Below, in pieces: positions 1 to 8,059 of a DNA stretch of 64,000 bases. Below the pieces are notes generated by a model. It saw only the letters and a program-made list of their open reading frames with translations. It made no database searches and was not told where the DNA came from. Position 1 is the first letter of the stretch; every line of letters begins with the position of its first letter. The position numbers and the translations under genes are program-made. Source of the stretch: Deltaproteobacteria bacterium (GTDB lineage Bacteria; Desulfobacterota; Binatia; UTPRO1); contig JADYZW010000054.1 of NCBI GenBank assembly GCA_020852955.1, positions 11,139-75,138 on the forward strand, written 5' to 3'.

Positions 1-82
1 CCTCGAGGCGGCCGCGTTCCTCGCGCTCGCGCTCGGCTTCGTCTGGCTCCGCCCGCCGCGCGTGCCCCCACCCCGAGCATGA
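1..82 (+). CDS. 3' end of an upstream CDS (partial), hydrophobic C-terminus ...LEAAAFLALALGFVWLRPPRVPPPRA*
   Basis: Open frame from the window edge. Its TGA (80-82) overlaps the ATG at 79 of the next gene (ATGA coupling). Confidence 0.3.
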   Translation, partial: LEAAAFLALALGFVWLRPPRVPPPRA

Positions 83-702
83 GCGCCGAGGTCGCACGCC
101 GCCCCCCCGCCTTGGCGGGCCGCATCGGCATCACGCTCCTCTGCGTCTACCTCCTCGGCGTCACGCTCCGGATCGGCGGCTGCTACGGACCCGAGCTCGC
201 CGCGCGCGACGAACGCCCCGACGCCGGCCCCGCGGTCGGCGCCACGTTCCCCGCGTTCTCGCTGCGCGACGTGAGCGGCGTCACCGTCGACCGCGACCGG
301 CTCGCGGGAAGCATCGGGATGGTGGTCGTCGTCCCCACGCTCGACTGGTCGCCGCCCACCAAGGCGCATCTTCTCGATCTCGCCGACGCGATCCGCACGC
401 GCCGCGACGTGCGCGTCGCGATCGTCGTCCCGGCCGCGCAGGCGACCCCGCGCAGCCTCGCGTTCGTCCACGACCACCGCGTGCCGTTCTTCGTCCTGAT
501 CGACGACGCCGGGCTGATCGACGGCCTCGGGCTCGCCGCCCCGGCGCCGGACGGCACGCCCGCCGCGATCCCCGCGACGTTCGTCCTCGGCCGCGACGGC
601 CGCGTCCTCGTGCGCGACGTCCGCGGGAGCGCGCGCGCGTGGGCCGACGCCCCGGCGCTGCTCGAGGCGGCCGGCGCGGCGGCGGGCGCCGCCGCGCCGT
701 AG
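79..702 (+). CDS. Membrane-anchored or lipoprotein-like thioredoxin-fold (redoxin/TlpA-like) protein lacking both active-site cysteines
   Basis: N-terminal hydrophobic segment ending ..LRIGGC. Redoxin-like core FPAFSLRDVSG..VVVVPTLDWSPPTKAHL, where WSPPT sits at the position of the usual WCxxC. Confidence 0.6.
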   Translation: MSAEVARRPPALAGRIGITLLCVYLLGVTLRIGGCYGPELAARDERPDAGPAVGATFPAFSLRDVSGVTVDRDRLAGSIGMVVVVPTLDWSPPTKAHLLDLADAIRTRRDVRVAIVVPAAQATPRSLAFVHDHRVPFFVLIDDAGLIDGLGLAAPAPDGTPAAIPATFVLGRDGRVLVRDVRGSARAWADAPALLEAAGAAAGAAAP

Positions 703-748
703 CGCGCCGGCGCCTCGACTCGCCGTTCGGCGTGCGGTAAACCCGCGC

Positions 749-2134
749 ATGCGACTCGCGGTGCGCGTGCACGGCCGGAGCCACCGGTTCGGCTCCGTCC
801 GCGACGTCCTCGCGCGCGCGAACGAGCCCAAGGCCGGCGACGAGCGCGCCGGCATCGCCGCGCGCTCGCACGAGGAGCGCGCCGCCGCGAAGCTCGTCCT
901 CGCGGAGCTCACCCTCGGCGACCTGCGCGCCCATCCGGTGGCGCCGCTCGACGAAGACGAGGTGAGTCGCGTCATCGACGCGGGCGTCGACGAGGCCGTG
1001 CATCGCGAGATCCGGGGGTGGAGCGTCGGCGAGCTACGCGACTGGCTCCTCGCCGACGACACGACGACGGACGCGATGCGGCGCGTGAGCCGCGGTCTCA
1101 CGGCCGAGATGGCGGCCGGCGTCGCGAAGCTCTGCTCGAATCTCGACCTGATCTACGCCGCGCGGCGCCTGCCGTTCGTCACGCGGGCGCGCACGACGGT
1201 CGGCCTGCCAGGCCGGTTGAGCACCCGGCTCCAGCCCAATCACCCGAGCGACGATCCCGACGGGATCACGGCGTCGATCTACGAGGGGCTCGCCTACGGC
1301 GCCGGCGACGCGTTGATCGGCATCAACCCGTGCATCGACGACGTGCCGAACGTCACGCGGCTCCTCGAGCTCACCCGCGACGTCATCGCGCGGCTCGGCG
1401 TCCCGACGCAGAACTGCGTCCTCGCCCACGTCGCGACGCAGATGCGCGCGCTCGAACGCGGCGCGCCGATGGACATCATCTTCCAGAGCCTCGCTGGCAC
1501 CGAGGCCGCCGTGGCGAGCTTCGGGACCTCCGTCGCCATGCTCGATGAAGCGCGCGCGATGATCCGCGAGCGCTCGACGCTCCGCGCGCGCGACGGCCGG
1601 GTGAGCCCGACGCAGCTCATGTACTTCGAGACCGGACAAGGATCGGAGCTCTCGGCCGGCGCCCACGGCGGCGCCGACCAGGTGACCCTCGAAGCGCGCT
1701 GCTACGGCCTCGCGCGCCGCTACGATCCGTTCCTCGTGAACACGGTCGTCGGGTTCATCGGACCGGAGTATCTGGCGGACGGGCGCCAGATCGTTCGCGC
1801 GGGGCTCGAGGACCACTTCATGGGCAAGCTGCTCGGCGTCCCGCTCGGCGCCGACGCCTGCTACACCAATCACGCCGAGGCCGATCAGAACGACTGCGAC
1901 ACCCTCGCCACGCTGCTCGCGACCGCCGGCTGCAACTACTTCATGGGCGTCCCCGCCGGTGACGACGTGATGTTGAGCTACCAGTGCACCAGCTTCCACG
2001 ACGGCGCGACGCTGCGGCAGCTGCTCGGCCTGCGTCCGGCGCCCGAGTTCGAGGCCTGGCTCGTCGCGCGCGGGCTGATGGCGGACGGACGCCTCACCGG
2101 ACGCGCCGGGGACCCCGCGGTGTTCCTCGCATGA
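749..2134 (+). CDS. eutB: Ethanolamine ammonia-lyase large subunit
   Basis: Full-length resemblance to EutB: ..LQPNHPSDDPDGITASIYEGLAYGAGDALIGINP.., YFETGQGSELSAGAHGGADQVTLEARCYGLARRYDPFLVNTVVGFIGPEYL, GLEDHFMGKLLG, AGCNYFMGVP. Confidence 0.95.
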   Translation: MRLAVRVHGRSHRFGSVRDVLARANEPKAGDERAGIAARSHEERAAAKLVLAELTLGDLRAHPVAPLDEDEVSRVIDAGVDEAVHREIRGWSVGELRDWLLADDTTTDAMRRVSRGLTAEMAAGVAKLCSNLDLIYAARRLPFVTRARTTVGLPGRLSTRLQPNHPSDDPDGITASIYEGLAYGAGDALIGINPCIDDVPNVTRLLELTRDVIARLGVPTQNCVLAHVATQMRALERGAPMDIIFQSLAGTEAAVASFGTSVAMLDEARAMIRERSTLRARDGRVSPTQLMYFETGQGSELSAGAHGGADQVTLEARCYGLARRYDPFLVNTVVGFIGPEYLADGRQIVRAGLEDHFMGKLLGVPLGADACYTNHAEADQNDCDTLATLLATAGCNYFMGVPAGDDVMLSYQCTSFHDGATLRQLLGLRPAPEFEAWLVARGLMADGRLTGRAGDPAVFLA

Positions 2135-2862
2135 GCGCCCCCTCGCCCGCCCTCGCGCGCCTGCTCGCGAAGACCCCAGCGCGCCTCGCCGTCGGGCGCA
2201 GCGGCCCGCGACTCCCGACCGCCTCCTACCTCCGCTTCCTCGCCGACCACGGCCGCGCGCGCGACGCCGTCTTCATGGAGGTCCCGCCCGCGACGGTGAA
2301 GAAGCTCGGGCTCGTCGAGCTCGCGACCGCAGCCGGGTCGCGGGCCACGTACCTCCGCGAGCCCGGCCTCGGACGTACGCTCGCTCCGAGCGCCCGCGCC
2401 CGCCTCGCGCGCTGCCGGAAGCGCCCGGAGGTGCAGCTGATCGTCATCGACGGGCTCTCGTCGGCGGCCGTCGTCGCGCACGCGGGCACGCTGCTGCGCG
2501 TCCTCGTGCGCGAGCTCGGCAAGCGGCGCCGGCGGCTCGGCACGCCGCTGTTCGTCCGCCACGGCCGCGTGCGCATCCAGGACGAGATCGGACACGTGCT
2601 CCGCCCCGAGGTGTGCTGCGCGATCGTCGGCGAGCGGCCCGGTCTCGCGACCGCGGCGAGCCTCTCGGCGTACGTCATCCATCGACCGACCCGCGCGTCG
2701 ACGGAGCCCGACCGCACGTTGATCTCGAACATCCACGACGGCGGTGTCGCGCCGGCGGCGGCCGCGCGCCAGATCGCCGACCTCGTCGACGCGTGCCTCG
2801 CGCACGCGGCGAGCGGCGCGGCGCTCGCGACGGCGCTCGCCGCCGGCACGCGCGCCCGGTAG
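2131..2862 (+). CDS. eutC: Ethanolamine ammonia-lyase small subunit
   Basis: ATG at 2131 overlaps the eutB stop (ATGA). MSAPSPALARLLAKTPARLAVGRSGPRLPTASYLRFLADHGRARDAV.. is typical EutC. The track ORF start at 1984 is an out-of-frame extension over eutB. Confidence 0.9.
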   Translation: MSAPSPALARLLAKTPARLAVGRSGPRLPTASYLRFLADHGRARDAVFMEVPPATVKKLGLVELATAAGSRATYLREPGLGRTLAPSARARLARCRKRPEVQLIVIDGLSSAAVVAHAGTLLRVLVRELGKRRRRLGTPLFVRHGRVRIQDEIGHVLRPEVCCAIVGERPGLATAASLSAYVIHRPTRASTEPDRTLISNIHDGGVAPAAAARQIADLVDACLAHAASGAALATALAAGTRAR

Positions 2863-3052
2863 CACGCACGTTACGGACATCCCCGCCCCTTCCCGTAGGG
2901 AACGCCAGCGCACCTGCGCGGGAGCGGAGCCGGCCGCCGTCGCCGCCGCGATCGCGCAGCGGCGCCAGGCACGCGGTCGCTCCTCCGCGCCGCGGCCGCA
3001 TTCGAGCGCGCACGCCTTGACTGCCCCGGCGAATCTCCATACCGCCTGTCCC

Positions 3053-4225
3053 GTGCATCGCTCCCTCCTCGGGCTGATCGTCTGCCCGCGCTGTCGCGAG
3101 CGCTTCACCTTGGATGTCTACCGCGAGGCCGCCTCCGCCCACGGCGGCGAGCCCGAGATCCTCGAGGGAGCCCTCGCCTGCAGCGCGTGCGCCGCGGCGT
3201 ATCCCGTCGTCGCGGGCGTACCGCGTCTCCTCGGGCCCGCGCTCCTCGTGCGCGTCCGGGAACGGCACCCGCAGTTCTTCGCGACGTATCCGCAGTTTCT
3301 CGGCGCGCGCGCGGCGAACGACGATCCGCTCGCCGATACCCTCGAGAGCTTCACGCGCCAGCGGCTCGATCTCGACCTCCCCGGGCCCGCGCTCGCCGCG
3401 CAGTGGCGCCGCAACCTGCGACGCAACCTCGGCGATGCCCTCACACTCGACCAGCTCCGCGGGCGGCGCATCCTCGACGTCGGCTGCGGGTTCGGACGGC
3501 ACCTCCTGGTTGCCGCCGAGCACGGCGCCGAGGTCGTGGGCGTCGATCTCTCCGGCGGCGTCGAGGTGGCGTATCGCAACCTCGGCAGCCGGCCGAACTG
3601 CCATATCATCCAGGCCAACGTCCACGAGCGCCCGCTCCGCGACGCCACCTTCGACGTCGTCTGGTCGTTCGGCGTGCTGCACCACATGCCGGACCCGGCC
3701 GCGGGCTTTCGCGCGCTCGTCGAGTTCGCCCGCCCGGACGGCGGCCTCATCGCGATCTGGGTCTACGGCTATCGCGGCATGAGCTTCACGTACCGGTTGT
3801 CGCACATGCGCGCGCTCCACACCGTCACGCGCTCGCTCTCGGGATCCGCGCGGCTGCGCGCGTCGGCGGTGGTGGCCGCCGTGCTGTCGGCCCTCTACTG
3901 GGAGCCGCTCCGTGTCCTGCGCCGGCTCGGGCTCGGCCGCGTCGTCGAGCGGATGCCGCTCAGCGACTACGTCGCCCACGGCTGGATGGCCCGCGTCGCC
4001 GGGGTCCACGACCGCCTCTCCACGCCGATCACGCATTTCCACGACCGCGAGGAGCTCGAGCACTGGCTCCGCGCGGCCAGGCTGGCAAGCATTCGGGTCG
4101 AGGACACGGGGCGGCGTGGCTGGCGCGCCTCCGGTCGCCGCGTACCCCATCCCGGGGCGGCGAGCCGTCCGCATACGGGCGCGAACGGCCCGGGGCGGCA
4201 CGAAGGCCGTCCCCTGCCGGGCTGA
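3053..4225 (+). CDS. Trm112-like zinc-ribbon domain fused to a class I SAM-dependent methyltransferase
   Basis: In-frame GTG at 3053. CPRC...CSAC..YPVVAGVPRLL (Trm112-like) followed by ILDVGCGFGRH (motif I) and VVWSFGVLHHMPDP. The exact start is uncertain. Confidence 0.75.
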   Translation: MHRSLLGLIVCPRCRERFTLDVYREAASAHGGEPEILEGALACSACAAAYPVVAGVPRLLGPALLVRVRERHPQFFATYPQFLGARAANDDPLADTLESFTRQRLDLDLPGPALAAQWRRNLRRNLGDALTLDQLRGRRILDVGCGFGRHLLVAAEHGAEVVGVDLSGGVEVAYRNLGSRPNCHIIQANVHERPLRDATFDVVWSFGVLHHMPDPAAGFRALVEFARPDGGLIAIWVYGYRGMSFTYRLSHMRALHTVTRSLSGSARLRASAVVAAVLSALYWEPLRVLRRLGLGRVVERMPLSDYVAHGWMARVAGVHDRLSTPITHFHDREELEHWLRAARLASIRVEDTGRRGWRASGRRVPHPGAASRPHTGANGPGRHEGRPLPG

Positions 4226-4322
4226 GTCGCGGCGCCGCGGGTCGGCGCCGCACGCGCGGCGCCGCGCGCCTCCCGGCTGGCCGCCCGCGGCGCGGCCGGT
4301 GTATAGGGGGCCGCCCGTCCTC

Positions 4323-5312
4323 GTGCGTACGCTCTTCTACGTCCTCGCCGCGGCCGCCGCGCTCGTCGTCGCGTTCGCGATCTCGGCGGCGCGCGCGCAG
4401 TACCCTCGGCTCCGCCTCGAGCGCCTGGCGTTCCGTTTCCTGATCCCGATCGGGCAACGCGTGGTCGGCCTGCGTGCGCGCCCCGCCTCCGAGGCCTGGC
4501 AGGGCTTCGTGTTCGAGCGCCCCGAAGCCCTGCGCGAGTTGCGCGAGCGGTACGACCTCGACACCCTCGTCCGCGACGCGGACAACGACTTCGAGCGCTG
4601 GGTGCGCCTCATGCACTGGACGCGGGACCGCTTCCCTCATCGTCCGAATCGCGCCGCGCCCGATGCCCAGGCGTTCGATGGCGCAGCGCTCCTCGCCCGC
4701 CGCGGCGCGGACGACGGGTACCTCTGCGGCACCATCGCTCCGCTGCTCGTCCAGGCCGTGACGGCCCTCGGCGGCCGCGCCCGCCGGGTCGAACTCCGCT
4801 TCACGCCGCACGACAGCCATGTCGTCGTCGAGGTGTGGTCGAGCCACGTCGGGAAGTGGCTCGTGCTCGACCCCGACTACGACGCCTGGTTCACCGTCGA
4901 CGGCGTTCCGCAGCACGCGCTCGAGCTCCACGCGCTCTGGGCGCGCGGCGCCATCGACGCGGTGCGCGTGCACTGGCGCGCGAGCCCCCACAACATCTAC
5001 CGCCCGGAGCTCGAGGGCGGCCCGCGCGAGTTCCTGCGCGGCATCTTCGCGGACCGCGCCTGGACCCGCTGGGATCGCGAGCGCCATCGGCACAAGGGCG
5101 AGCGCTTCGCCGTTCGGCTCCTCAACTACTACAGCCACGTCTCCTTCCCGCGGCGGAACGACTGGCGCTCGCGCCCTCTCCCGTGGTGGCATCCCGAGGG
5201 CAATCACGTCCAGGGCTCCCTCGTGATCGCCCTGCCGACGATGCCCGACTGGGAGGACTTCCTCGTCCGCGTCCCGACCGCCGACGCGTTCTACGGACCG
5301 CCGCCCGGCTGA
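4323..5312 (+). CDS. Transglutaminase-like (Cys-His-Asp papain-fold) protein with an N-terminal TM/signal segment
   Basis: In-frame GTG at 4323 followed by the hydrophobic VRTLFYVLAAAAALVVAFAISAARA. GYLCGTIAPLL (Cys), SHVVVEVW (His), LVLDPDYD (Asp). Confidence 0.65.
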   Translation: MRTLFYVLAAAAALVVAFAISAARAQYPRLRLERLAFRFLIPIGQRVVGLRARPASEAWQGFVFERPEALRELRERYDLDTLVRDADNDFERWVRLMHWTRDRFPHRPNRAAPDAQAFDGAALLARRGADDGYLCGTIAPLLVQAVTALGGRARRVELRFTPHDSHVVVEVWSSHVGKWLVLDPDYDAWFTVDGVPQHALELHALWARGAIDAVRVHWRASPHNIYRPELEGGPREFLRGIFADRAWTRWDRERHRHKGERFAVRLLNYYSHVSFPRRNDWRSRPLPWWHPEGNHVQGSLVIALPTMPDWEDFLVRVPTADAFYGPPPG

Positions 5313-5316
5313 CGGC

Positions 5317-7266
5317 TCACGCGCTCAGCCGCTCGAGCTTCTCGTACAGGCCTTCGACCTCGCGCTTGAGGCGGGCGTACGTCGAGAACGCCGCCTGCGG
5401 GTTCGGATGCGTCTGGTAAAAGTCGGGGTCGTTCATCACCTGCGAGAGCTCGGCGAGCTCCGCCTCCTTCGTCGCGATCGAGCTCTCGACGCTCGCCGCC
5501 TCCTTGGCGCGCTTCTCCGCCGCGCGCGCCGCCTTGCGCTCGGCGTCACGGGCCGCGCGCTCGGATTCGCGCGTCGGGGCGGCGTCCGCGCCGTCCGCGC
5601 CCGCCGCCGGCATCGTCGTGGGAGCGAGCGTCCTCGGCCTCGTCGTCGTCACCACCACCCCGCCCGCCTTGCGCGTAAGGTAGTCCTCGTAGTTTCCGAG
5701 ATGGCGGACGGCCTCGCCGTGTCCGACCTCCAGGATCTCGCCCGGCAGGTGGTCGAGGATGTAGCGATCGTGCGCGACCAGCACGACGGTTCCCTCGTAC
5801 GCCAGGAGCGCCTCGAGCAGCACCTCCTTGGCGGTGAGATCGAGGTGGTTCGTCGGCTCGTCGAGGAGGAGGCAGTTGGCCGGCTCGATGAGGAGCTTCG
5901 CCAGCGCCAGCCGGTTCCGCTCGCCGCCGGAGAGCACGCGCACCGGCTTGTCGGCGGCGTCGCCGCTGAAGAGGAAGGCGCCGAGGAGGTCGCGTACTCG
6001 CGGCACCATCTCGACGGGCGTCACCGCCATCATCTCCTCGAGCACGGTCTTCGTCGGGTCGAGGACCGCCGACTGATCCTGCGCGAAGTACGCGAGCCGC
6101 ACGTTGTGGCCCGCCGTGCGCTTCCCCTCGGTGAGCGCCTCGACGCCCGCCAGCATCTTGAGGAGCGTCGATTTCCCGGCCCCGTTCGGACCGACGAGCG
6201 CGACCTTGGTGCCGCGCTCGATGGCCACGTCGACGCCGCCGTACACCTCGACGTCGCCGTAGCGCTTCACCGCCCCCTCCACGCCGACGACGATGCGGCC
6301 GCTGCGGGGAGGCGCCGGCAGGCGGATCGTCACCCGTCGCTCGTGCCCTTCGGGCGGCGCGAGCCGCTCCATCTTCTCGAGCTGCTTCACGCGACTCTGC
6401 ACCTGGGTCGCCTTCGATGCCTGGTAGCGGAAGCGCCGGATGAACGCTTCGACGCGCTCGATCTCCTCGCGCTGCTCGGCGTAAGCGGCGGCCTCCTGCG
6501 CGCGGCGCTCCTCGCGCTGCTCCAGGTAGCGCGTGTAGTTGCACGTGTAGTCGGTGAGGCGGCCGCGCGAGACCTCGGTGATGCGGTCCACGCAGACGTC
6601 GAGGAAGTAGCGATCGTGCGCGACGAGGATGACGAGCGACTCGCACGACGCCAGGAACTCCTCGAGCCAGGTCCGCGCCTCGAGGTCGAGGTGATTGGTC
6701 GGCTCGTCGAGGAGGAGCACACGCGGACGCCGGAGGAGGAGCTTCGCGAGCGCGATCCGCATCTGCCACCCGCCGCTGAAGGTGCCGACGTCGCGGGTGA
6801 AGTCTTCGGTGCGGAAGCCGAGGCCGTTCAGCACGCGCTCGGTTTCGGCCTCGAGGTCGTAGCGGGCCGACGCGTCGAAGCGGTCGCGCACGTCGTGATA
6901 CGCGGTCATCAACGCGTCGTGCTCGGGGCCGGTCGTCGGGGCTCGCGCCAAGGCGTCTTCGAGGCGGCGGCACTCGTCCTCGAGCGCGTGCTGGTCCGCG
7001 AAGGCGTCGAGCGCCTCCGTCATGACGGTCCGGCCGGAGACGCCGATCACCTCCTGCGGCAGATAGCCGACGCTCGCGCCCTTGGGGAGCACGATCTCGC
7101 CGCCGTCGGGCTCCATCTGGCCGGCGATCATCCTGAGCAGGGTCGACTTCCCCGCGCCGTTCATCCCGGTGAGGCCGATGCAGGCGCGCTCGGGCGCGAA
7201 CCAGTTCACCCCGTCGAGGATCCGCTGTCCCCGGAAGGCCTTGGTGAGGTTCGCGATCGTGAGCAT
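5317..7266 (-). CDS. ABC-F family ATPase (two ABC domains, C-terminal coiled-coil; Uup/YheS-like)
   Basis: Two Walker A motifs (GMNGAGKST, GPNGAGKST), two signature motifs (FSGGWQMR, LSGGERNR), no TM domain, K/E/A-rich tail. Confidence 0.9.
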   Translation of the reverse strand: MLTIANLTKAFRGQRILDGVNWFAPERACIGLTGMNGAGKSTLLRMIAGQMEPDGGEIVLPKGASVGYLPQEVIGVSGRTVMTEALDAFADQHALEDECRRLEDALARAPTTGPEHDALMTAYHDVRDRFDASARYDLEAETERVLNGLGFRTEDFTRDVGTFSGGWQMRIALAKLLLRRPRVLLLDEPTNHLDLEARTWLEEFLASCESLVILVAHDRYFLDVCVDRITEVSRGRLTDYTCNYTRYLEQREERRAQEAAAYAEQREEIERVEAFIRRFRYQASKATQVQSRVKQLEKMERLAPPEGHERRVTIRLPAPPRSGRIVVGVEGAVKRYGDVEVYGGVDVAIERGTKVALVGPNGAGKSTLLKMLAGVEALTEGKRTAGHNVRLAYFAQDQSAVLDPTKTVLEEMMAVTPVEMVPRVRDLLGAFLFSGDAADKPVRVLSGGERNRLALAKLLIEPANCLLLDEPTNHLDLTAKEVLLEALLAYEGTVVLVAHDRYILDHLPGEILEVGHGEAVRHLGNYEDYLTRKAGGVVVTTTRPRTLAPTTMPAAGADGADAAPTRESERAARDAERKAARAAEKRAKEAASVESSIATKEAELAELSQVMNDPDFYQTHPNPQAAFSTYARLKREVEGLYEKLERLSA

Positions 7267-7456
7267 CCGGTCGTTGTATCGACAGACGCCCCGCCCTGCC
7301 AGCGACGCCGACGCCAGTCGCGTCCGTTCGCGCCGAGCGCCAGCTAGAGCCCGCCCATGGAGATCGCACCGCCTCTCCCCGCCGCCGTCGTGGCGGCCGC
7401 CGCCACCGCGACCCCGCCGCGCCCCTCCGTCCTCGGCCCCGCCGCGGGGGCCAGCG

Positions 7457-7906
7457 TCAGGCCGGTGGCCGCACCTTGACGATCACCGTCTTGCCGCCTC
7501 GCACCCGCTCCGCGTTCGGCTTGAAGAGGCCGAGCCACGCGATCCAGTACTTCCGCGCGTAGACCGGCGCCATGCGGGCGGCGAGCTCGGGATCGCGAAG
7601 CACTTCCGCCGGACCGACGAAGTGCGGCCCGTCGGCGCTTCCGACCCAGACGTAGAGCGGGCTCCCCTTCGTGATGCGCTTCGCCTTGTAGGTCGTCGGA
7701 AGCGTCGTGAAGTAGATCGCGTCGCCGTCGTACATGAACCATACCGGCACGACCTTGCCGATCGTGCCGTCGGCGCGCCTGGTCGCGACGTAGATCTCCT
7801 TCGACGACTGCAGGGCCGCCGTGACCTCGGGACCGAAGCCCGCCTGCGCGACCGCCGCGAGCGCGATCGACCCGAGGATCATCATGAGCACGAGCATCCG
7901 GCGCAT
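7457..7906 (-). CDS. Pyridoxamine-5'-phosphate-oxidase-like split-barrel protein with a predicted signal peptide
   Basis: ATG at 7906 preceded by GGAGGGAGG. MRRMLVLMMILGSIALAAVAQA then EIYVATRRADGTIGKVVPVWFMYDGDAIYFTT. Confidence 0.6.
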   Translation of the reverse strand: MRRMLVLMMILGSIALAAVAQAGFGPEVTAALQSSKEIYVATRRADGTIGKVVPVWFMYDGDAIYFTTLPTTYKAKRITKGSPLYVWVGSADGPHFVGPAEVLRDPELAARMAPVYARKYWIAWLGLFKPNAERVRGGKTVIVKVRPPA

Positions 7907-8059
7907 CCTCCCTCCTCGCGCCGCCGGCTTCCCGATCCCTCGCCGACGCCGTCGTGCGCCCGCGTAGCACCGCGGCGGCGCCGACGCCATGCACGACGCG
8001 GAGCATCCTTGACCGGCGCGCGACGGCGCGGCCAAATGGCCGCGCATGGCGGGGGGCGA

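Noticed and set aside
5407-7369. Two ORFs of more than 600 aa (5407-7347 on the plus strand, 5546-7369 on the minus strand) overlapping the ABC-F gene
   Set aside because: Only the 5317-7266 minus frame has Walker A/B and signature motifs. The others are compositional artefacts.
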